From the NCBI GenBank assembly GCA_012295275.1, contig CM022676.1:13950001-14014000 (forward strand): a DNA stretch of 64,000 bases, given 5' to 3'. Shown here piece after piece: positions 32,214-45,507 of the stretch (position 1 is its first letter; each line of letters begins with the position of its first letter). Below the pieces are notes generated by a model. The model had not been told where the DNA came from. It saw nothing but the letters and a program-made list of their open reading frames with translations, and searched no databases. Made by a program: the position numbers and the translations under genes. The DNA is from Chrysomallon squamiferum (Eukaryota > Animalia > Mollusca).

Positions 32214-33017
32214 TATATATATAAACCTCACAATAAATATATATATATATGAATAAATGATGCAATATATTAAGAAATAATAATAATTTGAAGAAGAATA
32301 GAATGTTCACATCTTGAAAAAATAGCAATAACAACAGTAATAGCTGAGATAATAAGTAATTAGGACAAGAATAATGGCAAATGTTGCAAATATAAATATA
32401 GAAATAAATGAAGAAATAGGTAGATAGAGAAATAAAATAATACAGAACAACAACACTCATATCATAAGGAGAAGTAATTTCCTCTGCTGCTAAATTACCT
32501 TTGTCTTCTCCACTCTCCAAAATATACGAGACTTTCGTCAACTTTATCTGTAACAAAGCAGTAAAATATAGAAGAAAAACGAAAATACAGTCACTCACAA
32601 GCGGACGCAGTTGAATTAAAAACATAAATAATAAGATATTAATAATAATAATAAGATAAAGGTGACATGGGCTGATGAAGTGTATACATTTTAAGATGCT
32701 ACAGAATGAATATTTTCAATTAAGATATCAATGATTTTGACCGGAAAGAAATCTCTTACCTGAAAGTTTCTGATCCGAATTTTCTGTTTCTGGAATTGTT
32801 CCGTTATATAAATTAATTTTTTTCTCACCTCTTGGGACAAATATCAGTTTTGGTATTTTCCACTCGAACTTAATGCCTGATTTTAGAACAAAGTACACTA
32901 TTAAAATTGCAGTCCATATTATCACTACAGAAACTGCTGCCGATGTCGTTAACGTCCACACAATAGTAGAATAACCTTTGACCTCTCTACCTGCAAAATA
33001 AACCAGAAACGTTTTTC

Positions 33018-33069
<52 letters not shown>

Positions 33070-33330
33070 GTTGTTGTTGTTGTTGCTGTTGTTCTTGTTG
33101 TTGTTTCCGTTTTAGTTAATATAAATTCCTATTATACAGAAATAGTCGGATTGTTATAAAGTACTGTTACACAGATATACTTTCACTGTTATTAAGTGTT
33201 ATTTCACTGTTACACTGTCACTGTTATAAAGTGTTATTACACTGATAAAGTGTTAATGTTACAGAGTTATTACACTGTATAGTGTCGGTGTTATAAAGTG
33301 TTATTACAGTGATATATTGCCACTTTAAAA
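32112..33330 (-). pseudogene. Partial, internally deleted copy of receptor B (TM exon and two tail exons)
   Basis: Matches ~48875-51150. TM exon 32990-32829 (WTLTTSAAVSVVIIWTAILIVYFVLK), exon 32789-32760 (ETENSDQKLS), frameshifted 49-nt exon 32547-32499. No ectodomain exon. Confidence 0.85.
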
Positions 33331-33369
33331 TTGTATTACACTAGTATACTCTCTTTGTTATTGTATTGG

Positions 33370-33846
33370 TATATCGCTGTGTTACCCGGCAACCGTCTCG
33401 CGGTCACTGAGTCTTATAATGGTCAGCACTTGGATGTATTCACAGACAGTGATCAGCTCATTAATTCTGCCTCAGTAGGTCTGATCCCCAAACCGTGGAG
33501 TCTCACAGTTCACGATCAATGTCAGGTTGTTGTGTCACTGAGAGATAATGTAAACAGTTTATTTTGTGTGACGTCATCAGGTGACATCAAATGGGAGACA
33601 CGTGATTCAGACAGACTGAGAAATATGAGAGGTGTTACATGTGATAGGGAGGGGAATGTGTTTGTTTGTGACTGGAATAGAAATTGTGTTGTTCAGTTGT
33701 CACGAGATGGTAACATTACACGTGACATCCTCACTGACCAGGATGGACTGTCCGAACCTTGGGCTGTCTGTTGTGATGACAACAAACTGTACTTGGCAGA
33801 GCGCTTCTCCGAACAAATAAAATTGTTTACTTGGTCTAAAACGTAA
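33370..33846 (+). pseudogene. 5'-truncated C-terminal NHL-type beta-propeller fragment (TRIM2/3/71-like invertebrate B-box protein)
   Basis: Open frame YIAVLPGNRLAVTE...PKPWSLTV...MRGVTCDREGNVFVCDWNRNCVVQLSRDG...DGLSEPWAVCCDDNKLYLAE* shows repeated blade motifs. No ATG or clear acceptor upstream; it abuts a minisatellite remnant. Confidence 0.75.
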
Positions 33847-34167
33847 ACTTCAAACTGTCTGCTAAGTTAGTTTCACATTAAATGTTTTGAAGTTGAAAGT
33901 CCACAGACACTTAACACGAATTGAAAAATGTATTTAAATCAGTTATTTATTTATTCTAAAGTAATTAAGTTAGTTATTTTGTTTACTTTCTTTCTTTTTT
34001 CTTTATGAAAAAGAAACACATACACACAGATATATATATATATATATATTTAATTAATTATTATGCTTAATTAATGTCTCGTTTATTTTATTGAATTACA
34101 ATGTAAATTCCCAAACAAAATCTGATTTACTTTTAAAATTGCCATCCAGTTGTTTCATTTAACTCTC

Positions 34168-34256
<89 letters not shown>

Positions 34257-34641
34257 CTCTCTCTCTCTCTAAAGTTTTTTCTCTCTCTATGTTCTCTCCG
34301 TCTTTATTATATTATTTGTAAAGTAGTTTACAGATCAACATGTAAAAAGAATGTTGTTATATTTAAAATATACTTGTACATACTCCAGTTTAATCAAACA
34401 AAACTGTCATAAATTTGTATATGATGAAAATCAATTTCCTCTATTTTATATAAATATTAAAACTTTTTTACATTGTTTCTGTCTGTCTGTCTGTACAGCT
34501 ACCTCAACATCCACGTACTTATCTCACCGTCTGTCTGCATAATATAATTGATGTGTATAATAATGATAAAGGTAATGATAATAATAATTATGAAGATAAT
34601 AAATTAAATAATAATAATAAAAAGTAAGAACAATAATAACA

Positions 34642-34673
<32 letters not shown>

Positions 34674-37399
34674 CTATTGTAATAGTACTGTACTATACAC
34701 GTTTTCATCTATTACTGAATATAACGAGTAAAATGTATTATATATTAGCAGGAAAACCAAGGAATTAATTTTGTATTCAACAACATAATTATATATAGAA
34801 TCTCAAACATATGCTATGATGGTATGAGATACTTTGTTTTTAAAGAGGCATGTAATAAAATATTTTTTAATCTTATTTTCCATTAACTGAACTGTATTGC
34901 AGAAAAGTGTCATGAAAGGAAACTCAAATCTCTTCATGTATGATTTTCATTAATGAAATAATTATTAAGTTTATATAACGTCTGAAACGAGATAATTAAA
35001 AAAAAAAATGACAAGGCTTAGTTAATAATTAGCACATATGTATTGAAAGATAAGAAATTTATAAAATATTTCTCTCACATCTTTATATTAATTTGGAACA
35101 CTTTCTCCATATGCTTTCTGCAATGTCCATGACAATGATGATTTATTATATATATGTTAATGAAAAATATAATGATAAGAAGAAGAAGAAAAAAATAAAC
35201 ATTAAAATAAGTAAATAAATAGTATTATAAACAAGTAAGTAGAACTAAATCTAAATGAACAAAAAAAAAAAAAAATTAAACTCAACAATTAACAAATGAA
35301 AACGAAAGGGAATCTGAGAAGAATTTATTATTTGGGTTTAAAAGAAATTAGATGTTTCCAGTTTTTACGGTAAAACAATTCTACCTTGCATGCATCTTTT
35401 TTCTTTCTTTTTTTTTCTTTTATTATTATTTTTTTATTCTTCCAGACTTGTTTGTAAGAAGAAAACAAATTGAAAACGTTTAAAATTGCATCACAGACAG
35501 ATACGCACTGTACAGACACTGGCCTCACTTTGTACATTCGTAGGTTTATATTGAAGGTACAAGTTAAACAATTTGTAATATATACAGGTGTAATGAAGCA
35601 AATTTTGTCAACCAGGTACTTCATCTAAACTACTGGTGCAAGTAGTTTCAGTATTATGTTTTCTGTATGGAGACTGTGTAGTATGTGCATTGCATATAAT
35701 TTGACTGAATTCAATTTTTGGGTGGGTGTTTTTGTGCGTGTGTGTACGTGAGCGTGTTTGTTTTTGTGTGTGAGTCTGTGTGCATGTATTTTGCGGATGT
35801 GTTTATTATTTGCTTTTTTTTTATTTTTAAAATTTTGTTAGATAGGTAAAAGTAAATAATAGACTTTTAATATTATTTTATTCAGTTCTTTGAAAGTGTC
35901 TATACACGTTAGAGATTTATGTAGCTAAATCACTTTCATGTACCTTAAATAATATGAAGAAATTATCTAGTGTTGACTACATACCTGAATATATGCTTAA
36001 AAGTCATTTTACATTAAAAACATTTAAAAATTGTTTGAAATCTCTTATAATAAATAACACGTAAAAAAAAAAAATCATCAATGATCAGACTTTCATCAAT
36101 CTTTCAGTGACTGATTGAAAACAAATATATATCATGATATCACATTCTAGATATTACATTCTTTTAATTTTGCAATAACAGTTTGTTATAATATTGTAAT
36201 ACAGGTATTTAATATAAGTTTTCATGCATACCCTGACTCAAAAATGGAAAGTATCATAATGTCACATTTTATAGTTTATATTATTTTAGTTCTGTGTTTA
36301 ACAATAACACTCTGAAATAATATTGTAAAACAGGTATTTAATATAAGTTTTGATATAAAAATAATAAAAATCCCATTGTCACAGTGTATATTAATATTTT
36401 TAGTTTATATCATTTTTAATAGTACAGTATTTTAAAGTAAACAGCTTTTTAACACCAAACAGTTTTTCATGAACAAAATAAGACAAATAATAATAACAGC
36501 TAAGAAGAAAAAACGAAGTTAGAATTACAATTTTTTAACACTATAAGAGAACTCATTAACAAAAAGTGAATCGGTATACATACATATATCTATATATAAT
36601 TTTTTTTTTTTTTTTTGGTGATACATGTGATTTTACTGTGAACTGATTTTGAAAGCGGAGCTCCATTTTATTTATGTTCTGATTTTTAAATGCTGAACAT
36701 TATTTTATTGATAATAATTTTTTTTCTGATTTTCAAAAGCAGAACATCATTTAATTAATGATTATTTATTCTTCTGATTTTGAAATGCTGAACATTATTT
36801 TATTTAAAATTATAATTTTTTAATTTTCAAATGCTTAGCACAATTTTATTTATGATTATTTATTTTTTCTGGGTTTTAGTTGGCACACACTGTTTATGTA
36901 AAAAGGAGAAAACCAGTTAAAAACAGCTTAATGCTATTAACTGTCAGAAAACGTTATATTAAAAGTATTCTTTAAAATAAAATTATAGTGGTTTACTTTT
37001 TTCCACTGTGGTAACTACATTATTTGTAACTGTAATAATAATAATAATAATAATAGGCATAATGAATACAATTATATAATAGAGTCAGACAGAAAGTAAC
37101 TCATAATTTTAACTTTGAAAAAGCAATTCATTAATTCAGTGGAATTAATAGGTGATTTAAAAAGTAACTGACACAAATACACGCTTTTAACAGCTTAGAA
37201 ATTTATAGGTGAGAATCCCAGCCAGTCATTTAACCAAATAATTTAAACTGAAGACAACTGTAACGATTCTCATACATATGTTCCTGTAAAGTTAGTTCTA
37301 AAAATCAGTTTGATTCAAATATTGACAGAGTGTGAACAAATAACACACTAAAACAAGTTAAAAAGGACAGTTATCTTGTGCATTCAAGATACTGGAAAG

Positions 37400-38146
37400 A
37401 AAAGAGCTATTTGTCACTGTGAACAAGTAATTTTGAACTTAAAGTGATTTCTGAATTGTCCTGTACATCGTCTGACTCTGATATATTTGTTTTCAGTTTA
37501 GTGTCCTCACTGTCTGAGCTATCACTGGAAAAGTTATCAGATATTTTTGTATGTTTCTGATCTCTGTTCATCGGAATCATCTACTGTTTCATTTGATTCA
37601 AATTCTGCAGATACTGAATTTTATTTCATCTTGTTTACCTCTGTATACAAGTTCGATGTTTCATCTAAATACCTATTTCTTTTGTTTTTTCCTTTTTCAG
37701 ACTTTGCAGAACTCTGTTTAGTTACAGCTGTATGCTCATCCGATGAACTGTGATTAACTTCTTTATTTTCAGCGTGAACATTTTCACTATATTTCTTATT
37801 CTTTTTAACAGATAAGAACAAATATGTGAAATCGACGTTGTTGTCAACGTCTGTTTGTGTGTTCAAACGTCATAAGCCAGTGTGTTAATCATGTTTTTCG
37901 ACTTCATTTTCTTTCTCTTCATTTATTTCAGCTTTGTCCCTTTATTCCTCATCACTTCGTGTTTGAAATGTTTGTACATTTACATCTACGTTACAGACAT
38001 CTCACAAACCTGACTTTTTTCTCTTTTCTGGACCTGTATACTGCATTCTTCAATGTCATCTTCTTTTACGTTTCTTTTCACACCGAAGTTTGAAATCTCA
38101 GTTTCTTGTTGGTGTCTAAAATGTCATTTTGTTCATTATTTTCAGG
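37400..38146 (-). pseudogene. Decayed continuation of the receptor A tail downstream of the stop codon
   Basis: E/D/K/S-rich coding-like frames broken by stops and frameshifts, including DETSNLYTEVNK. The same decayed segment is present in the copy at ~61470-62214. Confidence 0.6.
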
Positions 38147-39392
38147 CTAATCCTCTATAAATTTAAAGTCTGTAAAACAGTCGAAATCGTCATCTGACAT
38201 TGATTCTATTTCTGTCACGACAGAGTTGTCTCCCCTTTCGTTTTCTTCAATCATTCTGTTACTTGTGTTGTCTCCCCTTTTAGTGGCTTCAAAATCTACA
38301 GAACTGTGAGAAACAGGATTACAGATTTCCAAAATGTTTGGATTGTAATAGAAAACTGATTCTTGTTCATACGTCACGGACATGTCTTCACCTTGTAAAC
38401 TGCCAGTACACAGTTGACTTTCTTCCATAGCTGGAATATTAATAAACAAATAATAAATAAAAACAATCAAACAAACAATGCAAGCAAGAAGCAAATAATT
38501 AAATAATTAACTAAATCAGTAAGCAAGCAAATATGTAAATAAATAAATACATGAATAAACAATCGTATTTTATTACATAATATATTTTCTTATTTCATGA
38601 AATGATATACAATCCCGTTTCATTACTTAATAAACTCTGCTGCTTTTTTATATAAAATATTGTATTATTTTATTATATAATATGGTATCCTATTTGATTA
38701 CAAAATTTGATTACAAACTTCATTATCTAATGTACCATTATATGTCATTAAATAATGTTTTATACTGTACTGTATAAACCTATCCTCATTCTCCTAGAAT
38801 GTTATGATATTTAATATCCAGTTTCAACACGTGATTTTACTACAATCAAGTTTTACCACTGTATCGTTTAACGTGATTTCTCACAGTGTTTACAAGGTTT
38901 ACCTTTGTTTTTGCGATGTATTTTCCAGGTGCTCACAAAGCAAACAATGAATATGACTATAATTATCTCCATGACACCGACTGCAGTGTCCACTAGAGAC
39001 ATCACACTGGACGTCAGACTCAGAGTTGTTTCTGTAAACATAACAGTAAGACTCGTTCTAGCACGTTCATTTACATCAGTAACTCAGAGGTGTGTGTGTG
39101 TGTGTAAACATAACAGTTAGACTCGTTCTAGCACGTTCATTTACATCAGTAACTCAGAATGTGTGTGTGTGTGTGTGTGTGTAAACATAACAGTTAGACT
39201 CGTTCTAGCACGTTCATTTTTTACATCAGTGTGTCAGTGTGTGTGTGTGTGTGTAAACATAACATAACTGTTAGACTCGTTCTAGCACGTTCATTTACAT
39301 CAGTAACTCAGATGTGTGTGTGTGTGTGTGTGTGTGTGTAAACACAACAGTTAGACTCGTTCTAGCACGTTCATTTACATCAGTAACTCATG

Positions 39393-39427
<35 letters not shown>

Positions 39428-39935
39428 CATAACAGTTAGACTCGTTCTAGCACGTTCATTTACATCAGTGACTCAGATGTGTGTGTGTGTGTGTGTAAAC
39501 ATAACAGTTAGACTCGTTCTAGCACGTTCATTTACATCAGTAACTCAAAATATAAACATGTGTCGTTGTGTGTACATAAACATAAAATTCACGTTCGTTT
39601 ACATCAGTTCAGATGTGCATGTGTGTGTGTAAACATAACAGTGTGACTCGTTCTGCACGTTCATTTGTGTGTGTGTATGTGTGTGTGTGTGTGTGTAAAC
39701 ATAACAGAATCGTTCTAGCACGTTCATTTACATCAGTAACTTAGATGTGTGTGTGTGTGTAAATATAACAGTTAGACTCGTTCTAGCACGTTCATTTACA
39801 TCAGTAACGCAGATGTGTGTGTGTGTGTGTGTGTGTGTAAACATAACAGTCAAACTCGTTCTAGCACGTTCATTTACATCAGTAACTCAGATCTGTGTGT
39901 ATGTGTGTATACATACATTTATACTCGTTACATAG

Positions 39936-39994
<59 letters not shown>

Positions 39995-42635
39995 TAAATA
40001 TGTGCGTGTGTGTTTAAATTGGTTATTTCAAAATGTGATATTTTCGTTGGAAAGCCATTTCGTTGACTATTTTTCTGCTACAATATATATCACTGTAGTT
40101 GTGAACACAAGTACACTTGTATAAAGTGGAAAGGACTGCTACTTGAAGTGTCAGGAAGTCAGCCGTCAGTAACTCTGAAGTGTTCTATTACAGCTTAACT
40201 ACTTCCGTAGATGAATGAATGCGTCTTGTGATACAGATAATATAGTGATGTAGATACGCACTTACATATTACAAACACGCAACATACATAGATTCATGCA
40301 TACATACATACATACATATAAACATACATATACACACATACATACATACATACATACATACATACATACATACATACATGCATATACACAAAAATACTCA
40401 AGAGATTTACACTGAAACTGCTGATAAAAAAACTGGAAACTTCAAAATCTTCTAACATCGTGTTCGTACACAGAGAGTGACAGAGGAAGAGAGAGAGAGA
40501 GAGAGACAGAAAGACAAAGATAGAGACGACGAGACAGAAAGACAAAGATAGAGACGGAGAGACACATATAAATAGTTTTTTCGTTACTTTCTTTCTTTCT
40601 TTCTTTCTTTCTTTATTTATTTATTATCATTATTATCTTTTTAAATGAGTTAATTAATTCAAATGATGGTATAGCAAGTTGTTATGGATATAAAGAGTTT
40701 TATCCAATAACTGTTTCTTCAAAGAAAAAGTACAAATTGTTTCGAATCAAAATGGACATAATATTTTATAAAAAGACACTGGGTTTCTCTAGACTGAAAA
40801 AGAGTCAGAGATGATGATGATGATGCCGATGAATAGATAACAGAAAGAATACTGGGATAATTAATAAGTATAAACGTATCTGTGTATATGTGTGTGTTTG
40901 TGTGCATGTGTGCGTATCTGTGTGTATATGAATATTATTTTGGGTGTTTTAGTGTATATGAGATTCTGCTTATATGTCTCCTTGAGTGTGTTTTTGTGTA
41001 TGTTTCTGATTATGCTTATGTCTGTAAGTGCTACATCTCTGAATGATGGTCTAAATATGTGTGTATATTTATGTGTACACACATATCCACACATACATTC
41101 GTAATTCGTAATAAATATTCAAATTTCCTTTACGAAATGCAGTTCACAAAAATGTGGAAACAAACAAACAAATAAATAAATAAAATAAAATAAATTAAAA
41201 TAAAGCTATACTTACGTCTATTTGTCGTGTTATGCAAAATGTATAAATGTGTGTAGAATTTACTGCATCCATTTTCATTGCAAACGTGTAATATGTACAG
41301 ACCACTGTCACGATCTTGAGCATTCACTATCACTAGTGACATCTTGTAAGCAGCATTTTCTACAGCTACGTTGTGAATGTCGACGTTCCACTGAGTACAG
41401 CTCCCTGTTTTGTTCTCTCCATGTCCGTTTGTCCACGTGTACGATGTGATGCTGTCGTAAGAAAATATTATCTTTTCTAAGCTGATGTTCTGACCTCTAA
41501 CAACTGAGATGGTCTCATTGTGTTGCGCGTCTCCCACTAAAACTGGTTTCTCTGTAAACACAGAATTAAAATCAAATAAAAATACTTTTTAATATCTGTG
41601 TGAGTCAGAGTTTAATGTGGTATCCAGTCTTTCATTACTAATAAAGTATTAAAAGAAAAAAACGAAATCGCTGAATTCTACCAACCGAAAGGAGACACTG
41701 TAGTGGATTGAATAAATGAAATAAATTCTGAGGGTTTTCTTCATAGACACTATTTTCATTTATAGTTGAAAAAAGTCTACGATTTCAGTTTGTCATCTGA
41801 CCTTTATTTTCCTGTGCCGCTCTCATACATAGTTTCATGTTTCATTATGTTTATGAAATAAAACATGAACACAGATAAATTGATAGATAGATAGACAGAT
41901 AGATATATAGATACATAGACAGACAGCTAGATAGAGAGATAGATAGGTAGATAAGTAGATAGATAGATAGATACACAGACAAACAAACAGACAGACAGAA
42001 AGAAAAAATGAATACTAATAACTCGAGATAAAAATAATGCTGACCAGTCAGTTTTATAAAAGTTTCTCCAGTTTGTTTTGAATTAATTCCCAGAATTCCA
42101 TTTGATACTTCACACACGTAAATTCCGTCATCTTGATAATCGGGATTTTTGATGATGAGTTTGTATTTGTTGTGTGTTACAAGCTCGCCTTCTACTCTCC
42201 TGATCACGTGCTGTCCCACAGCATGAGTAAAAGGTGAGAAAGTGAAATTCTCAGGTTTTCCAGTCGCCAGACACGTGACTGTCAAAGTTTTGTGTTCTGT
42301 GTTATAGTCGTGATACACCGAGACGACAGGGGCGTCTGTTTGAAATAATTAGCAACTACAACATCAACAACAACATCCGCAACACTATGAACAACAACAT
42401 CAGCAACAATATCAACAATATCAACAACACCATTAACAGTAACAGTAATACTAATACAGACAAACAATAATACAAATAAGAATAACGAGAGTAATAATAA
42501 TAATAATAATAATAACAACAATAACAATAATAATAGTAACAATAATACAATATTAATTATAAAATAATAATAATAATAATCAAAAACAACAATAATGATG
42601 ATCATGACAATGATCATGATTACTATTATTATTAA

Positions 42636-42722
<87 letters not shown>

Positions 42723-44326
42723 AAGATCGAGACTGTCACAACGTCAACAGTTGGGTAAAATAAAAAAAAAAATAATAACAGAAGACTTTAGTTACATAAC
42801 AGACTCACACTGAGGGTGGATCACTCTGCTGTTGCTGTAGCTGGTGCTACACATCCACGCCGCCGAATCGACGGTTGAAAATTTGGGTATAGTTAGCAGA
42901 TAGCTGGAGAGAAAGTGCTGCCTGCGGCCCACTTTTATCGGTTTAGTCTCGTTCCGCTCACACGTGTAGCGACTTTGAAAACTCCGCGCCATAACGCACG
43001 ACGTGGGCGTGCACTCACAAACAACCTCAGCGTCTCTGATGAACGTCACTTTACTTCTGTATGCGTGTCTGATCACAGAACACAGAAACGTGAACGGTTC
43101 GTCAATCACAGCAGTCCACGAGTACACAGACAGACCGGGATTGTTCACTGAAACACAAACTTTTTACTTTAGTAGTGATCTCATTTACTACTACTACACG
43201 AGTACACAGACAGACCGGGATTGTTCACTGAAACACAAACTTTTTACTTTAGTAGTGAACTCATTTACTACTACTACACGAGTACACAGACAGACCGGGA
43301 TTGTTCACTGAAACACAAACTTTTTACTTTAGTAGTGAACTCATTTACTACTACTACACGAGTACACAGACAGACCGGGATTGTTCACTGAAACACAAAC
43401 TTTTTACTTTAGTACAGAACTCATTTACTACTACTACACGAGTACACAGACAGTCCGGGATTGTTCACTGAAACACAAACTTTTTACTTTAGTACAGAAC
43501 TCATTTACTACTACTACACGAGTACACAGACAGTCCGGGATTGTTCACTGAAAGCACAAACTTTTAACTTTAGTGGTGATCTCATTTGCTACTGCTGCTG
43601 CTACTACCCCGTCTATTACTACTACAACTACTACTACAACAACTATTACATTACTATTGTCAATACTATTACTAGTACTACCACTGCCGCTAATACCACT
43701 GCTACTAGAAATAATAGTACTACTACTACTACTACTACATTATCACTACTACTCTTACAGCTTTTTCACTACTATTAGTACTACTAGTAGTTGTAATAGT
43801 ATTATATTAATATTACTTTTGGTCTTGCTACTTTAATTATCAATGGTACTCCTAATATTGCCATTAGTTCTACGGCCACTACAACTTTTACTGTTTCTAT
43901 TACTGGAAGAAGAAGAAGAAGAAGAACAACAACAACAACAACAAAAAAAAGAAGTTTATATCAAGTTACATATGACAGCAGCTTTCGGTTCACTCCACAC
44001 ATCAAGTTGATCAGATCCACAAAACCAGACTCCAGTGTCATTTTCAGTTGTGTGATACTTAGAAACTGTGTAGTCTTTGTACTCGCTGCTAGCTTTGTCT
44101 GTCTGAACCCTGCACTCACACCTGTACCCGTCCTTTCTGTTCAGCTTTGTAGCCTCGCACTCGGATCCACGCTGGTGATACATGCAGACTACAGTGTTGC
44201 CGTACTCAGAATTGTGTACAGACATGACAGTTGTGTTGAGATTCTGCGCCTGACGCGCTCGACACACGACAAACATCATTTCTCCTTTCATAACAGCCGC
44301 AGTTTCGAAAATCGAAAACCATACGC
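38147..44326 (-). CDS. IgSF type I receptor A: 4 Ig-like domains, TM and ~100-aa acidic tail
   Basis: Open phase-1 exons: 44326-43970 (V-like, VVC..GYRCEC..DTGVWFCG); 43147-42809 (FTFLC..YLLTIP..DSAAWMC); 42335-42045 (CLATGKP..DDGIYVC); 41551-41216 (DSGLYILHVCNENGC); TM 39031-38903 (VMSLVDTAVGVMEIIIVIFIVCFVSTWKIHRKNK); tail 38430-38147. Candidate signal exon ~44689-44757 (MKVKSTCFCFLLTICSL...) ends in phase 0, a mismatch that could be a homopolymer error or a real lesion. Confidence 0.8.
39034..39890. repeat. Tandem array (~12 copies) of a ~54-bp unit plus (GT)n immediately upstream of the TM exon acceptor
   Basis: GTAAACATAACAGTTAGACTCGTTCTAGCACGTTCATTTACATCAGTAACTCAGA + (TG)n; only one copy at the paralogous site 63193-63250. 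Confidence 0.92.
43117..43590. repeat. 80-bp x6 tandem repeat spanning the 3' splice site of receptor A Ig2 exon
   Basis: Units start at 43117, 43197, 43277, 43357, 43437 and 43517; each has the acceptor plus 31 nt of exon. Confidence 0.95.
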
Positions 44327-44532
44327 CTGAAAGAGATAGGTTACTGACAACATAATTGTGTATATATTTATTTAAATGTATAAATGTATATAAACTTCTC
44401 CTTGAAGATAGGTGAATGTATAATCTTAATAAAACAGTGAATGATAAAAAAAAAAAAAAAAAAAAATAAACATGTAAAATAAAAGAAACCCTGAAAATGC
44501 ATACACACACCTCACACATATTTGTGTTAGTG

Positions 44533-44567
<35 letters not shown>

Positions 44568-45447
44568 TAGATAGAATAGATAGATAGATAGATAGATAGA
44601 TGTGTCTGTTTGGATAAATAGATTTTGTTTAACTGTAAATTTAATGTAATTTATAGAAATGCATTGAATATAATTATTAAAATATTACCTTTGAAAAACT
44701 ATTTTTTAAGCTGCAGATAGTCAACAGAAAACAAAAACATGTACTTTTGACTTTCATCTTATAGTCATGCGCAGTTACGTCAACAAAAAGCGAATATGAC
44801 CTTCCACAATTAAATTCAACTTTACAAAAAAGTAACAAACTGTCCAAAATTCTAACAAAATAATATTTGTTCCTGGAATAATCTCTTTGAGAAGTTCACG
44901 AAACCTTCTGATACTGTCGTTTGTTAATTAAGAAAAGAGTTAAAAAAAACCAAACAAAGTGTTTTCAAAAGCCAAATACTAAAAGAACACAGCTAAAACA
45001 AACAGAAACATGAGATTTGATTTATTTATTTTCAAAAAAAAAGAATTGAAGTATTCTGTGTTTGAGTCAAGCTTTATTTATATGCGGCTATAATGTTGTT
45101 TATGCTCAAAAAAAAAAAAAATTAAATAAAAAAAAAAAAAAAAAAAACAAAAAAAAATTGTCGCAAGTATAGAATTGCATTTTCTGTGCAAATTATTTTC
45201 CCACACTGTTTTTAAGGAAGCGTTCTACACCACTGGGAAACATCAACAGAGAAAGAAAAAAAAAAAGGAAAACAAATTAGAGGCGACTCTTCAGCTGCAG
45301 ACATATCGGTTTCTATGGAGGTGTACAGTTACATCTATTCACAGAATGGTGTGTCAGAGAGAAAAAAAAAAGATTTCTAAATATAGCTGCAAGTTGTGAT
45401 AACATTCCCATGTAAACTGTAAAAATAATAAAAATAATAACAATAAC

Positions 45448-45507
<60 letters not shown>

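Larger units (their letters stand above)
34320..40310. repeat. Segmental duplication copy 1 (3' half of receptor A and downstream flank)
   Basis: Colinear and highly similar to 58390-63680, offset ~24 kb (stop codons at 38147 and 62215). Confidence 0.93.

Noticed and set aside
36640-36870. Short degenerate ~48-bp repeats (also small repeats at 12810-12950, 27495-27590, 63751-63933)
   Set aside because: Ordinary local duplications with no evident function.
39034-39890. Repeat-spacer pattern resembling a CRISPR array
   Set aside because: The 'spacers' are only (GT)n, the context is a eukaryotic intron, and there are no cas genes.
43117-43590. 80-bp repeats as CRISPR or as coding repeat ORFs on the + strand
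   Set aside because: Head-to-tail units with no unique spacers; the + ORFs are antisense to the Ig exon.
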